From NCBI RefSeq assembly GCF_041146345.1, contig NW_027191406.1:806001-870000 (forward strand): a stretch of DNA of 64,000 nt, in the 5' to 3' direction. The first letter of the stretch is position 1. Each line of letters opens with the position of its first letter. Shown piece after piece: positions 51,163-63,736 of the stretch. The position numbers and the translations under genes were made by a program. The DNA is from Neodothiora populina. Its lineage: Eukaryota. The notes below the pieces were generated by a model that ran no database searches, had not been told where the DNA came from, and saw only the letters and a program-made list of their open reading frames with translations.

Positions 51163-52640
51163 ATAATGCTGGCAGAGGCTGCTTTGTCTTCTCACCACAA
51201 GAAAACTTGAGGACAGCGACTCGACACGAACGGTACCACTTTCCAGCCCGAAGACCAGAGACGAGGCGAGTCCAGTTGAGTCAAGTCGATTCAATACAGC
51301 AAAGTGACCATACGACGTCAACCAACAACGGCAAGGAGCTGTGCATCATCCCAAATCGGCGCCATGGACTGGGGTTTCCAACATTAGCTCAAATCAACAT
51401 GCGCAGCGTTTGAGGAGTCACGAGACCAATAGACGGCAGTCATTTTCTCTCTCCTTATTGACGCGTCGAAGAGGGAGTTTCCCCTCCGCTATGAAGTTTT
51501 GTTTTCAGACGGGAGGTGCTTCAAAACATGGGAGATGGTACAGAATATAGAGCGAGAAAGGACGTTCCAGTAATTAGAGAACCTTATAGACCAGCGATCG
51601 AAGAGCACATATCATAATATCGGCAACACAAATATCATTACTTCCATTCCATACTTGTAGTCAGTAGTCGACAGGATCGAAACACTGACTTAAATTCTCC
51701 CAGCCTTTCCTTCGCTCCGCCTTCCATCCGCCTCGCACAAACGATAAGACACTGAGATTTATTCATGTTTTGAAAGAAAAGAGAAGCTGACCTCGCACTA
51801 AGTAAGCTTTCGCGAAAAAAAAGGAGCAGTCAGTCAGCGTTGATGTGGTATGCGCTGTCACTACCACCACACACACTATGATTAGCGATAATACAGTAAT
51901 GCATATACACTAATCAGATGCGCCGATAAACATTACCTCAGAAAACCGGATTCGAGAGGAGAGTGACTAGACCCAGAAACGAGGATCCAGGATCTCAGAA
52001 GAGCGGCTATACCACTCCTGGAGAGAGATCAGCTATCCGAGCTGCGCTGAGCACTTATGCACTACTATGCACGACTGACTCCACTCTTGGAATTGCACTC
52101 TTTTATGATCAACGGAATAGCGTGAGTAATAGCATACTGGGAAGGGTCATGCCTGCCTCAGCGAGTGCGTAAACGCATGCGTCTCTACCCGACCCCCCTG
52201 GAGGGGGGGGGTTTGGTGACTTTGCTTTGTGTCGGTCTTTGGCCCTCCCTGGCTGAGTATAGTCGCTCTCGGGGAGAATGGCGAGATGTGAGACAAAACA
52301 TGTGTCTCAATTTCTGGCTTGTGACCTCGGATCTCCATGAGACGCGGTTTAGCATAGGATACACTCGGCGAAGCAGGATTTGGGGAAGTCATGACTCGTG
52401 TATATGTGTGATGTGTATATGTATAGGTATATACTGTATGCTATATGCTAGAGAGCAAAAGACAAGCCGGGGAATAAAACAAGAAAGGAACCAGCAAACA
52501 AAGATCTGATATGGACAGACATTACCGCTTAAACGCCTCTTGCTATGATTCCGGAAAAAGAAAACTCCACAAATGCCTGCCAAAGGACAGGGAGGGGCTA
52601 GCAGCGATGAAAATGCATGGGAAAACCGAAACGACTGCGT

Positions 52641-53941
52641 TCATGCGTGACTCTTGAAGAGCATCCGGAGTCCACTAGGCTCCTTCTTCTTCGTGGAAGA
52701 CTTCCTCGATTTCTCCTTGGTTGTCGTAGACGAATGTGAGTCTCCATGGTGATGACGACTACTCCTGCTGCTTTTCTTCGTCCTACTCGTGCGCCCCGTG
52801 CGTGTAGACTTGAGGTCGTCTTCGCGCATGACTCCCTCTTCGATGAGCGTGCGCGTGGCGCCGGGAGTGATGAATTCGCCTTCGACACTCGTGCCCATGC
52901 TGGCTTCTTCGGCGTCGGCGATGCCTCGTCGCCACACTTCGATCCGGCTCAGCTCGCTGTCGATCTCGCGGAGTTCGTCGAATTCTTCTTCTTCGTCTGC
53001 TGCTGACTCGGCGATCTCGGCTTGTCGGGGTGGTGCCGGGAGAGGTGCGGCTTGCTCGAGCATGGGGCCGTCGTCGTTGCGCTCTTTGATCTTCTTGATG
53101 ATCTTGTACCCGCCTAGCATGATGATGGTCACGCCTACGCCGACGCCGGCTGCGATCAGGAACTCGGGAGATGCTAGCAGAGCAATGACGGCTGGAAATG
53201 AGCCCTTCATTGCCGTGATCATTCCTGGCGCCATTTTGCTGGCGATGTTGCTGATCTCGCCTAGAGTGAGAGCGACTGCGGCCAAGGCATCTGGGTTCTT
53301 CTGGAGGTTCTCGATCATTGCAATGACAGAGTGCTGGACGCAATTTGCTTCATCAAGGAGACCCTGAAGCTTGGTCATCTTGCTTCTCAGCTCGACTTCT
53401 TCGCCGTGCGGCCGTAGTGGAAGGGGAGGGGGTAGCTCGCCGTATGCGAGGTCCTTGTCGATGTCATTCACAGATGCTGACCGAGACGTCTTGGGTCGGC
53501 TGACCTCTCGGACTGGAGCCTCTGAGTGTCTGCGTACTAGCTCATTATTCCGAGGGTTGTCATTCACGTCGTACTCGAGTCTCAGATTCGATGGTCGATG
53601 CCGAGGGGGGTGTAGAGGTGGTCATTTTCGTAGAAGCTGTCGGTGTATCCCCTCTCCATGATGGGCTTTTCCCTATGCGACCTCTCGCCACGAGATCGTG
53701 AAGACTTGTGAGAGTGTCTCGAGGAAGCTCGTGATGCATTGCCATCATCTTCTATGGCCAGTCTTTCTATCGCCTTGCGAGCCTGTCGTTCTGACTCCTC
53801 TGCATCGCGCAAAGCGCTGATCTCGGCTTTGCGCTCGCGATAGGCCGACTTTGCCTCCTTGAAGACGTTCACGAGGTGTTTACCAGTACTGACGACCTTG
53901 CCGGACTTGTTGACTACAGTGACGGTCTGGCCTAGAGCCAT
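52641..53941 (-). pseudogene. Conserved-looking fungal hypothetical gene interrupted by a single-base frameshift (real lesion or assembly error)
   Basis: ORF 53582-53941 (MALGQTVTVVNKSGKVVSTGKHL...) and ORF 52641-53567 (GTG start) join into one 433-aa frame if one C is added to the C6 run at 53605-53610. There is no plausible intron. Confidence 0.65.
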
Positions 53942-55648
53942 GTCTTATAACATATGGTCTGTGCTGTTGGTCCGAAGAATAGAGATGTCTTCAAAGGCTT
54001 GACCAGCAAGCGAGATTATAAAATGTGAATCTTTTTGTGGATATAAATATTGTGACTGGAAAAGGAGGTGTAGAAAAATGGAAGAATGTGGATACTCGGA
54101 ATCAGAGGGGGCGGGTGTTGGTTTATGTGGCGGTGAACGGGAGATGACCAAGATCAGTCAAGTAGTGGTGAACAAAGACGTGGTTTATATCTTTGTCCTT
54201 CGCGGAACAAGAGGAAGATGCGCTAGCCTGCGCAAGCCAAGCGAGCTGTCCAAACACATGCTGGACTGGATTAAACCGCTCGTAGGCGTTTTGCTGACTA
54301 TCTCCTAGGCCAACAACGACGACAGGCTGTGTGTGATGAGCTGCACATCCAGACTCGACCCCGGAGCATGGGGAGGCAAGCCGCAGCCAGTCGTTAAGCG
54401 GCGGGAGTGATGGCTAAACTTCCCGGGAAACGGTAAAACAGCGTGTCTGCACGCGAATGGTGGAAAAGGTCTGGAGCTTTGGGCGGCAAGCCTGAATCGC
54501 GCTGGTTAAAGGATTATGACGACGTTTGGCAGGTCGCGAACTTGGAGGAGTATCAAACCTTGTGAACAGCACTAGCGATATCTTCGCTGGCAACACCAGT
54601 CTACAAGGTTCAGCGGATCCCTGATCCAAGCACTCTCACCTCTACGTCCTTCAGATGCTACACACATTGTACGTATCGAGGAAGGCCTCTCGCGCGACCG
54701 AGTCTTCTTCACTGGAGAGTTTCCCCGACGCGTACCGCCATCCCGGTACACAGCCACAGACACCGCCACGAGTAATGTCACTGCATTGCACATGTGTAAG
54801 ATATGACGGAACATTACATTCCCGGCGACGCGAGACCGACCACTTCATCTCTGCGCAGAGCCTCATGTATGCATGCATGCATGCATGCGTGGATGCGACA
54901 GATGGTGCGCTGGGTTGGTAATTTCGTATCGACCGCTTCTCGCAATTGCGACGCGCCATTTTCTCCGATTGTATACCAGCAGATGTTCACGTAGATCTTC
55001 CCGCCGGATTCCATAGCTTCTTGCCCGACGATCGACTGCTTTACCCGACAACCTCTGTGCGCAGTGAACAAGGTCCGTTGTGCGATAGGCGTAGTAGTGC
55101 CTCCTTAGGGCGGGGTGATCACTTTGCTTGTAGTCCTTGATATGGACCGCATGCGTCCAGCAGGCTAAGTCTAATTACGGACCAAGATGCGAATGTCATA
55201 CCACCTTACGATATCGCGGCGTAGAGCAGCATCCTTATCATGTACCATACAGCATTGTTTACAGAAGCTTCAGGTGCCTTTTCGCTAACAAACGGACAAA
55301 GTCGCGGAACAAAACCTTGAAATCCCGAAGCTTGACCAAGTCGCAAGGGAACGCTGACTTACAGTACAGCTCGTCCACCTGTCTAAGTGACATAGATTCC
55401 GCCAATACCTGAAATGGACGGTATAATCGGCCCAGATAAGTCACGGTGTACCACCTATCTGGGCCGAGATGTAGAGTGTAGATTGCTCTGAGGTTTGGTC
55501 GCTTCTCCGCTGGTTTGATACAGTCATGATACGGCATCGGAGCTCCCTCATACGATATGATTCATGATAACAATACCCCTCCATCCCCAGATATCGCGTG
55601 AAGGTATAACAACATCCACATCTAGTTGACACAACCAAAGCATAGAAA

Positions 55649-57425
55649 ATGTCTCTTGACTGGAAACGAGTTGCCGCCGACAAGCGCGATTCTATATTGG
55701 CTCTGATTCCTGAGGAATGGCGAATCTCCGCACCGCCTCCAGCGTCTGAACAGCGAGATGTCACGGGCAAGTTCATTCAGCAATATCTCAATCCAGAGGA
55801 GATCGAAATCACAGAGTCAGGCGCGACCGATATTGTACACAAAACATCCACTGGTGTCTGGAGTGCATATGAAGTAGCAAATGCTTTTTGTCACCGAGCC
55901 GCAGTAGCCCATCAGCTGGTAAGCATTGACTATCACTTGGTCTGGGACACTTGGATGTCAGATTGCTTACACGACCCAAGGTCAACTGCTTACACGAGAT
56001 CTTCTTCGATGCCGCACTCGAGTCAGCCAAGGAGCTGGACGAATACCTTGCCAAGAACAACAAGCCCATAGGACCACTCCATGGTTTACCAGTATCCTTG
56101 AAGGATCAGTTCCATGTCAAGGGAGTGGAAACTCACATGGGATATGTCGGGTGGATCGGCACATTCCAGGGCAAGAAGAACACGGGCAAAGAGAAGGTCT
56201 ATGAATCGGAGATGGTCAAAGAGTTGCGCCAGTTGGGAGCGGTACTGTACGTCAAAACAGCTGTGCCTCAGACCTTGATGAGTGGTGAAACAACGAACAA
56301 CATCATTGATTACTGCTGGAATCCGACCAACCGGAACCTGTCAAGCGGTGGCAGCTCTGGAGGAGAAGGTGCGCTGATCGCCCTCAAGGGTAGTCCGGTG
56401 GGGTTTGGCACAGACATCGGAGGCTCGATTCGTATTCCTGCAGCATTCAACGGGCTTTATGGCCTCCGGCCAAGCTCAGGCAGATTACCTTATGAGGGCA
56501 TGGCAAACAGTTTCGACGGCGCTCCCAGTATCCTCAGTGTTGTGGGACCTCTTGCACCGACGCCGGAGGCTCTGAAGCTTGTGACGCAGGGCATCCTGTC
56601 AACACAACCGTGGCTCCATGACCCCCTGGTCATACCAATGCCATGGAACGCAGACGCAGAGCGAGAGACATTGGAGCTCGCAAAGGCAAAGAAGCTTACT
56701 TTTGCCATCTTCAAGCACGATGGCATGTGCGCTGTACATCCGCCCCTTGCACGAGCACTCGACATTGTCGCCAAGAAGTTACAAGACGAAGGTCACAAAG
56801 TGATTGACTGGAAGCCACCGGGTCACAGACGACTAGCAGAGATATGCTCAAAATCGTTCAGCTACGATGGTGGCGCAGATGCTAAGAAAGCATTTGAGCT
56901 GAGTGGGGAGACGGTGAAACCCCACCTTATCAGTGTCACGCACACGGATCAGGCGAATGCGAGCGACATCATGGAGAACCAGGTGGACAAGAGAGAAATG
57001 CAAAAGGAGTATATGGAGTACTGGAACAGCACAGCAGAATTGACAGGAACAGGGAGACCTGTCGACGCAGTCATCTCCCCCATGGCACCCTTTGCGGCAG
57101 CGAGACCGAACATGTATACCTACCTCAAGTACACAGGATTCGTCAACGCCTTGGACTATACCAGTGTAGCAGTACCAATCACTCGGGTCGACAAGGAGGT
57201 TGACAAGCCCTACGAAAACTTCAGACCACAGGATGCGGTGGATAAGCTTACACAGGCTCACTGTAAGTTGCTTCATGGGAGTATCGTGTGACAGTGTGTT
57301 GACTCTACGCCGCAGATGATGCAGAGATATACGATGGTGCGCCTGTGGGCTTGCAATTCATCGGTCGTCGTCTGGAAGAAGAGAAGATGCTGGCGGTGGC
57401 CGAATATATGCAGACGATCTTGTGA
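55649..57425 (+). CDS. Amidase-signature family enzyme (acetamidase-like), 3 exons
   Basis: GPLHGLPVSLKD, GGSSGGEGAL and GTDIGGSIRIPA carry the Lys-Ser-Ser triad. Introns 55919-55980 and 57263-57315; C-terminal GAPVGLQFIGRRLEEEK. Confidence 0.92.
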
Positions 57426-58146
57426 AGTAGATATTCAGATAGAGGGACATGATGTTGTCTCAGTGAATGCCTTGGTCAGTAGATGATGACATGAAAATTG
57501 CAGCTACCTACCTACCTAACCTTAGGAGTGAAGAGTTGTTGTGTGCCAGAGTGTCAGTGAAGCTGGCTGGGAAGGAAGGATCGCTGCTGCTGTGCATGGC
57601 ATCCCACAACGGTGTGAATTTGCTGCGCAACGTAGTTTCCTATATTATCGAGGAATCAGGATTACTTTGCCAGCGATCAAGAACATACCTTAAGGTAGAT
57701 GATGCACTGTAAGATAATTATCGTGTTATCCTGAGACAGCGCTGCTCTGTAGAGAATAATAAGAAAGGTCAAGGAGCATCTTGCCTCGGACTAGGGCATA
57801 ACTTCGGCTTTTGAGCTTGGTGTATCCAAACAACCTTGACCTTTCTCATTGCTTGCAAAAGTCGGGGACATGTCGTTGAATTAATTGCATCAGTCATACA
57901 TTGTCTTAGCGGGTCTTTTTTCTTTTTCGATGGGACATTGATTGACCAGAGGGAGCTTGCTTCAACATGAGCAGCTTCACAGACATCAAAGACTAGGCCC
58001 AGCTTTTTGACACTTACTGTTGTTACACGTCGGACTCTCTGCTTGCTCTGCCGCAGCTGCAGCAGCAGACGAGTACAACTCTCCTTTCTTCAGCTTGCAA
58101 GTGCCGCTTCTGCGAGTGAAGCTCGAGGTTCAGAACAAGCACAACA

Positions 58147-60187
58147 ATGGCGGAGGCAGCCTCTAACCAGACACCTGCCGGGGCATCTACGCCTTCGTCC
58201 TCGGCCAACACGGGTCTCAATGGACAGAGCCAGAGCGGGACAAAAGCCCCCAAAGACAGAAAATGTGAATTCTGCGGACAGGCATTCACCTCATCCTCAC
58301 TCGGCCGCCATCTGGACTTGTACATTAAACCAAAGGTACCGTCGCTTCCGAGTGTCCCGAGCCTGTGTCTCCGGAGTCAAACCATGACCGAAACTGACAC
58401 TTTCCCTTTGTGAAGAACCCCAAAGCCCCCGATGGAGTGCATGATGTGGAAAAGATCCGTGGGATGCGAGGCGGCATCACCAGAAGACAGCCAAGGGTCA
58501 GTCTCAAGGGCAGAAATGACGGAGAGGGTAGTGAAATGGGAACTCCAATGAGTGGAACCCCGAACGCACACGCTGATCGCCGCATGACGGTCGGCTCACA
58601 AGGCACATCTGGCATCAGCCCGGTGAACATGCGTGACAACATCACCAATCCCTGGCTGTTGAACAAGGCATCCTGGCAGGTATGTTGTCAATTCTCAATG
58701 CTGTCATGCTTTCTCGACCCTAGCAGTCTGCTCTAACTTTTTTTTTTTTTTTTTTTTCTGTACAGAGCACCGGGGTCATCAACAACCTGCCTCCGCGTAA
58801 CGGCGACTCATCCAGCAACCCACACTCGGGCACGACCACATCCGCACAGGGGCTGGGTATTCGCAAGGACAATGGCAAGGAGTCGGAACAGGACGCCTGG
58901 ACCAAGATGGCCGAAGAGAGGGACTCGGGCAAAGCGGCCGAGTTGGCGCTCAGAGAAGTCCTCGGTAGCATCGAGGCCGCCAGGTAATCTTCTCTTGCTC
59001 CCTCTCCCTCTGAACTCACTGACACTCCCGCCACCAGGAACCGCAAGACCCAACCCACCATCTTCGACTTTGACTTCTGCAGCATGAATTTTCCCTCTCT
59101 CTGTCTCCACGTCCTGCCTCCACCTCAGACACTCTTCAGCATGACACCATTCGCCAGCAGCGAGTCGTGGTCCCTGTCCGCTCCCGGCCACGCCCAGCTC
59201 GAAGCGGTACAACGAGTCCTGCATAAGCGCACACAACAACGCCGTCCTGACGCGTCGGAACAAGACGTGCAGAAGTTCCACCTCCACCTGCAAGACGCCT
59301 GGAACCATTGGTTCCACCAGCCGCCCGAGAGCAAGACCAGTACTTGGCAGGTCGAGATCCTCCGTGCCTACGCCAGAGCAGAAGAGAAGTCTCGCACCAA
59401 GGATGAAGAGCTCACCAAGGCCAAGCAGCAAGTCGCCTACATGAAGGGGCAATATGAGCAGTTAGCACGCGGCCTTTTGCCTAAAGAGTTCGCCCTTCAA
59501 GCGCCCGCTTTATTACCTGTCGACTCTGCTCTGTTGGATGATCTCTCCAACAAGGACGCCGATGTTCGTGCTTGGGACTACGACCGCCTGATCGACAGAT
59601 GGAGAGGCGCGGTCAAAGCTAGCAAGTCCGGGAACCCTGTCGCCTCTTCTGCAAGACCATCTGCAGGCTCCAATCGCGACGAAGAAAACCCCGCCGCGCC
59701 TCAGAAGACTTTCCCGCCCGGCCACACCCCTTCTTCATCCCTCGATTCGCACACCAATAAGGCTCCCGTGTCAAACGGCCTTTCGTTGATGGAAGAGCTT
59801 AGACAAGGCGCCAACCGTACACACGCTCCCAGCGAACACGATGACGATGAAGAAGACGACGATGAAGATGCTGATGCCGACGCCGATGCCGACGCAGACG
59901 CCGACGGTGAAGAGGCACTCGATGACAGCCAGAGAATGGACATGCAATGGTCACAACCTCATCAGACCATGTCGGGCGCCCACAACCACAATGCCTCTGC
60001 CGCCGCCTCTTCCGTCACCGCAAATGGCGAAACCCCCGCCGCTCGATCTCTCATTAACGCCAACGGCAAGAGACCCATGCCTCCCTCGTACACTCCTGAC
60101 CTTAGGTCCAAGGGCATGAAGATGTACCACGACGCACCCATGTCTGGAGACGGCGATGTGTTCGGTAGGGCTGTCGGTCAGGTCTAG
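58147..60187 (+). CDS. Hypothetical protein with atypical C2H2-like zinc finger and acidic tract, 4 exons
   Basis: Spliced frame reads KDRKCEFCGQAFTSSSLGRHLDLYIKPK|NPKAPDGVHDVEKIR...WQ|STGVINNLP...EAAR|NRKTQPTIFDFDF. All three introns are GT-AG with CTRAC branch sites. Confidence 0.78.
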
Positions 60188-61601
60188 TCAATCATCCGAC
60201 TCTGCCTCACAATACTGAAATGAAGAGAAAGCAAGAGTAGAGAGAAGGACACGAATGAGCGCAGTCGGAGGAAAACAAACAGAACCTGGAGAACATCAGT
60301 CCTTGAGGAAAAGAAACGAAGTACAGCAGCGGTGTAAACAAAAGCATGGAGTTGAAGGGACAGAGTCTGGCAAGCATATCTGAACAGCAGACGCTTGCGA
60401 AAGTACGCATCAGACTAGATAAAGCGTGGCGGAGGCGCATGCATGGGTGGATGGAAGTCGACCCCGATTGCGTATTTATCATCGCCATCAACTGAGCAAT
60501 GGATGAGGATTTATCATGTAAGAAACGGAAGCAAGAAAAGCAAGTGCCCTGGCCATGAAAGTCATTTCGACTGTCGCAAATAAGGAGGGCTTAAAAGGAG
60601 GACAAGTGACTTACTGTTTATTTTTTCGTCAGAAAAGGGACCATCATCGTCATCATCATTACCATCAATCACAGCGAAGGCGTTTTTCGAGTGTGCAACT
60701 TGTTTCTCTCTGCTGGATCTTTTTGTTTTGATTATCTGAGCGGAAAAGAAAAAGCTCTCACGCCCGACTTGCCTGGCCCATCAATTGCATTGTCTGCTTC
60801 CTCCCATCTCTTTCTTGAACCGAAATATACTTGCGACTTGTATCTCTTAGATGAAAACAGCCCGACGTTCGCAAGGTGCCTTTTCACTCGGTTCTGTCCC
60901 TGATTTTTCACATCACAATTAACTACTCGAGATCTGATGGGAGTCTTACCGTACATTAGCACACAACAAGGTAAGCTCTAGACATTGGTTCGTGAAACGG
61001 AACCTTGTTCATCTCGGCGTGTCTATAGTATGTATGTGTATTGTACTTCCCTATTTCGTTTCATTCATTGTTCATTGTTTCATAGTCCATCGTTCTCATG
61101 CCGCCATCCATGTGTCTGTTCGACCGTCCTGCCCTCATCACTTTCTCTTCTTTCTTCAACCCAGTTTCTCCTACCGTCCTGCCCCCCCCCCCAATCCCGA
61201 GTCCTGCGCTTCAGACTTGTTGTCTGAGAATTGATTTGGAAAAAAGGAGAAATAAATATCTATGAATAAAGAAAGAGTCTCATTCACAAAGAGACTCGAG
61301 AAAAAGGAATCATCGTATCCGTCCCGTGTAACGCCGATACCCATGTGAAGTGAAAAAGGAAGTCGCCTATGTATGTGAAATGCAGGGGTCGGGGCCTAGA
61401 ACCCATACGTAGTAGCCCCGTGAAGAGGAGAAACAAAAAGCGAAAGAGGAGGAGATATCTCCTTCCTCCCCCATCTCAGTCGTTGTGGGCAGCATATCAA
61501 GTGCCTGACCAGCATCGTTCTCAAGATGCGAACGTGGCCAGAAGGTACAGTCGTAGACCACAGCCACAAGGAGAGTGGTCGCCTGTTCAGAGACGTTCAT
61601 C

Positions 61602-61754
61602 TCAAGCCTGACTCATCTCCTCGCTCTCCGAACTCGTGATACTGCCTCTTGACCGTTGCAGACCTCTCTGGAACCATAAGAGGAGCAAAGCGACCATGAT
61701 GAGTAGCAGGAACAGGATGATGATTATCACCGCTATTGCTATGTTGCGCTTCAT
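61602..61754 (-). CDS. Putative 50-aa single-pass membrane microprotein
   Basis: AAAATG context; translates to MKRNIAIAVIIIILFLLLIMVALLLLWFQRGLQRSRGSITSSESEEMSQA*. Confidence 0.55.
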   Translation of the reverse strand: MKRNIAIAVIIIILFLLLIMVALLLLWFQRGLQRSRGSITSSESEEMSQA

Positions 61755-63092
61755 TTTTGCTTTATGTCGATTTGTCTCTGGTGGTGTTTGCGTCGCTCAG
61801 GTCTTGATATGACTCGGAGTTTGTCGAGTAGTGGGAAGCCTTCGCGAAGACTTGGCTGGTCGATGGATGTGGCCAGGGACTGTGTGCTTATTGGTTGTGT
61901 GCGGCCGATGTATACGTGGTTCGTCGATGGTGCCGATGAGAACTGGTCGTGATGCTCAGAGCAATAGCAGGCTTGGAATCAATGGTCGTGGTGAGATGGC
62001 TTCTGTCTGTACGTCTCGAGTACAAGATGCTTATCGAAGTGGCGTGGTATAGCCAGTCAAGACTTCAGGACTGTTGATTGATATTCTTATTTCTGAGATA
62101 CTTTGGCAAATATCCTTGTGACACAGTGACAAAGCAGTTCGATTCCTCGACTCCGCTCGACTATCGTGATAGCCTATGACAGAGATGCAAAGGCCGAAAG
62201 AAAAGATCGTCCGTCCGCTCCAAAGCAACAATTCGTGAACCTCGCAACAACAGAGCCAACAATAAATCCGTGAACGAGGTCGTATAATAATGTGAATACC
62301 ACAAACAGCGGTATTGTCAAATTCACGATTCGAGGAGAAAACAACAAGTTATGAGAACCAACGAACCGAAATGGCTACCAACATGGCAGCTTTTGTTCAT
62401 CTCTTCGCCCAACACAAAACCGAGGAGGCTGGCTGGCTGGCTGGCGTAGGCGTGGCTGGGACGGGATTCGCGATCAGAGGAAAACCACACACTTACTGCC
62501 ATTTCATTTCTTTTTGAAACAGGCCTACCGAAGCCAGTGTTGCCTGCTGCCTTGATTGCTACGATTATAGTACTGCTGCTCAGACGACGTGCCATCGGGT
62601 AGGGATACATACCTTATCATACCGCTTATTTTTCTTGGTATCGCTTATGCGTTGTTATCGTTACAGCGAGCGGCGTTGCTGGTTCCCGCGTACCGTTTGT
62701 CTTTGTACACACCGGGAAACGCGTCGATCCCCGCATATTCACATGGAGCTTGTTTGCAAGCATTCTGTCGATCCCTTGGCAGGCACGGGGATGGTCTATG
62801 CGGCGCTTGTCATGGCATAAAATAGTGCAGATGAGATGTACTGCACTGTAGGATCACCTCATTATTTCAACTATATACTGTACTTGTATAGCATGCCATA
62901 ATTTGCAATTCGCTCACACCGGTTGTGTTAAACATTCCCAATTTACTCATCAATCAGGTACCATATAAATGGACAATAGCGAAGGAGTACAGTACAGAAT
63001 GTATTATGCACTAAAGCAAGCTAGATAGGTTTACTGGGTTCCTACAAAACTTCCAAAACTAAACATTTATCTCGTTCTTATCTTCGTCATTC

Positions 63093-63736
63093 CTACTCTT
63101 TGACCGGGTCGTCCTTGCTGAAGTTCATGCTGACGCTGTTGACGCAGTGTCGCTCATCAGTCGGCGTAGGGTAACCCTCCCCCTTGAAGACGTGTCCAAG
63201 ATGACCTCCGCAGTTCGAGCAGACGATCTCGATTCTCTCCATACCGAAAGTACGATCAGAGTGTCGCGTCACGGCGCCGGGAAGTGCATCGAAGAATGCA
63301 GGCCATCCACATCCAGACTTGAACTTGTGTTGAGCCTTGTATAGCGGTGCGTTGCAGCCTGCACAGGTGTAGACGCCCTCGGTTGGCATATGCTTGTCGT
63401 ACTTGCCAACGAACGGCGCTTCGGTTCCCTTTTCTCTGAGTACTCGGAATTGCTCTGGCACGCTCTATCAGTACCAGACAAGACTTACAGCGCGTAGGAG
63501 AGAAGCTTACCAGGACTCAACTGAGCCTGCCATTCCTCGCTGTTCTTTGAAAGTGGATAGCTCATCGTGTTTGCAGTGGATGTCCCGAAAAATGCGCCCA
63601 GGAAGGGAATTGTTGGCATAGAACGAACCGCAGTGGCGCGAAGTGCTGGTCTGAACGGCGCTGGAGCTGCTCGGAAGGTTGTGTTGGAGAAAGCGTAGAG
63701 TGTGCGGACGAATTGAGGGAATGAAGGCAGACGCAT
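63093..63736 (-). CDS. MXR2: Peptide-methionine (R)-S-oxide reductase MsrB, 2 exons
   Basis: Intron 63455-63510 joins LSP|EQFRVLREKGTE. Also has CAGC, KFKSGCGWPAF, CSNCGGHLGHVF and RHCVNSVS. Confidence 0.93.

Noticed and set aside
54866..54890. Self-complementary (ATGC)n run
   Set aside because: Short microsatellite that is palindromic by construction.
9825..63736. Apparent concentration of mitochondria-targeted genes as a cluster
   Set aside because: Unrelated pathways interspersed with other housekeeping genes. Compatible with chance.
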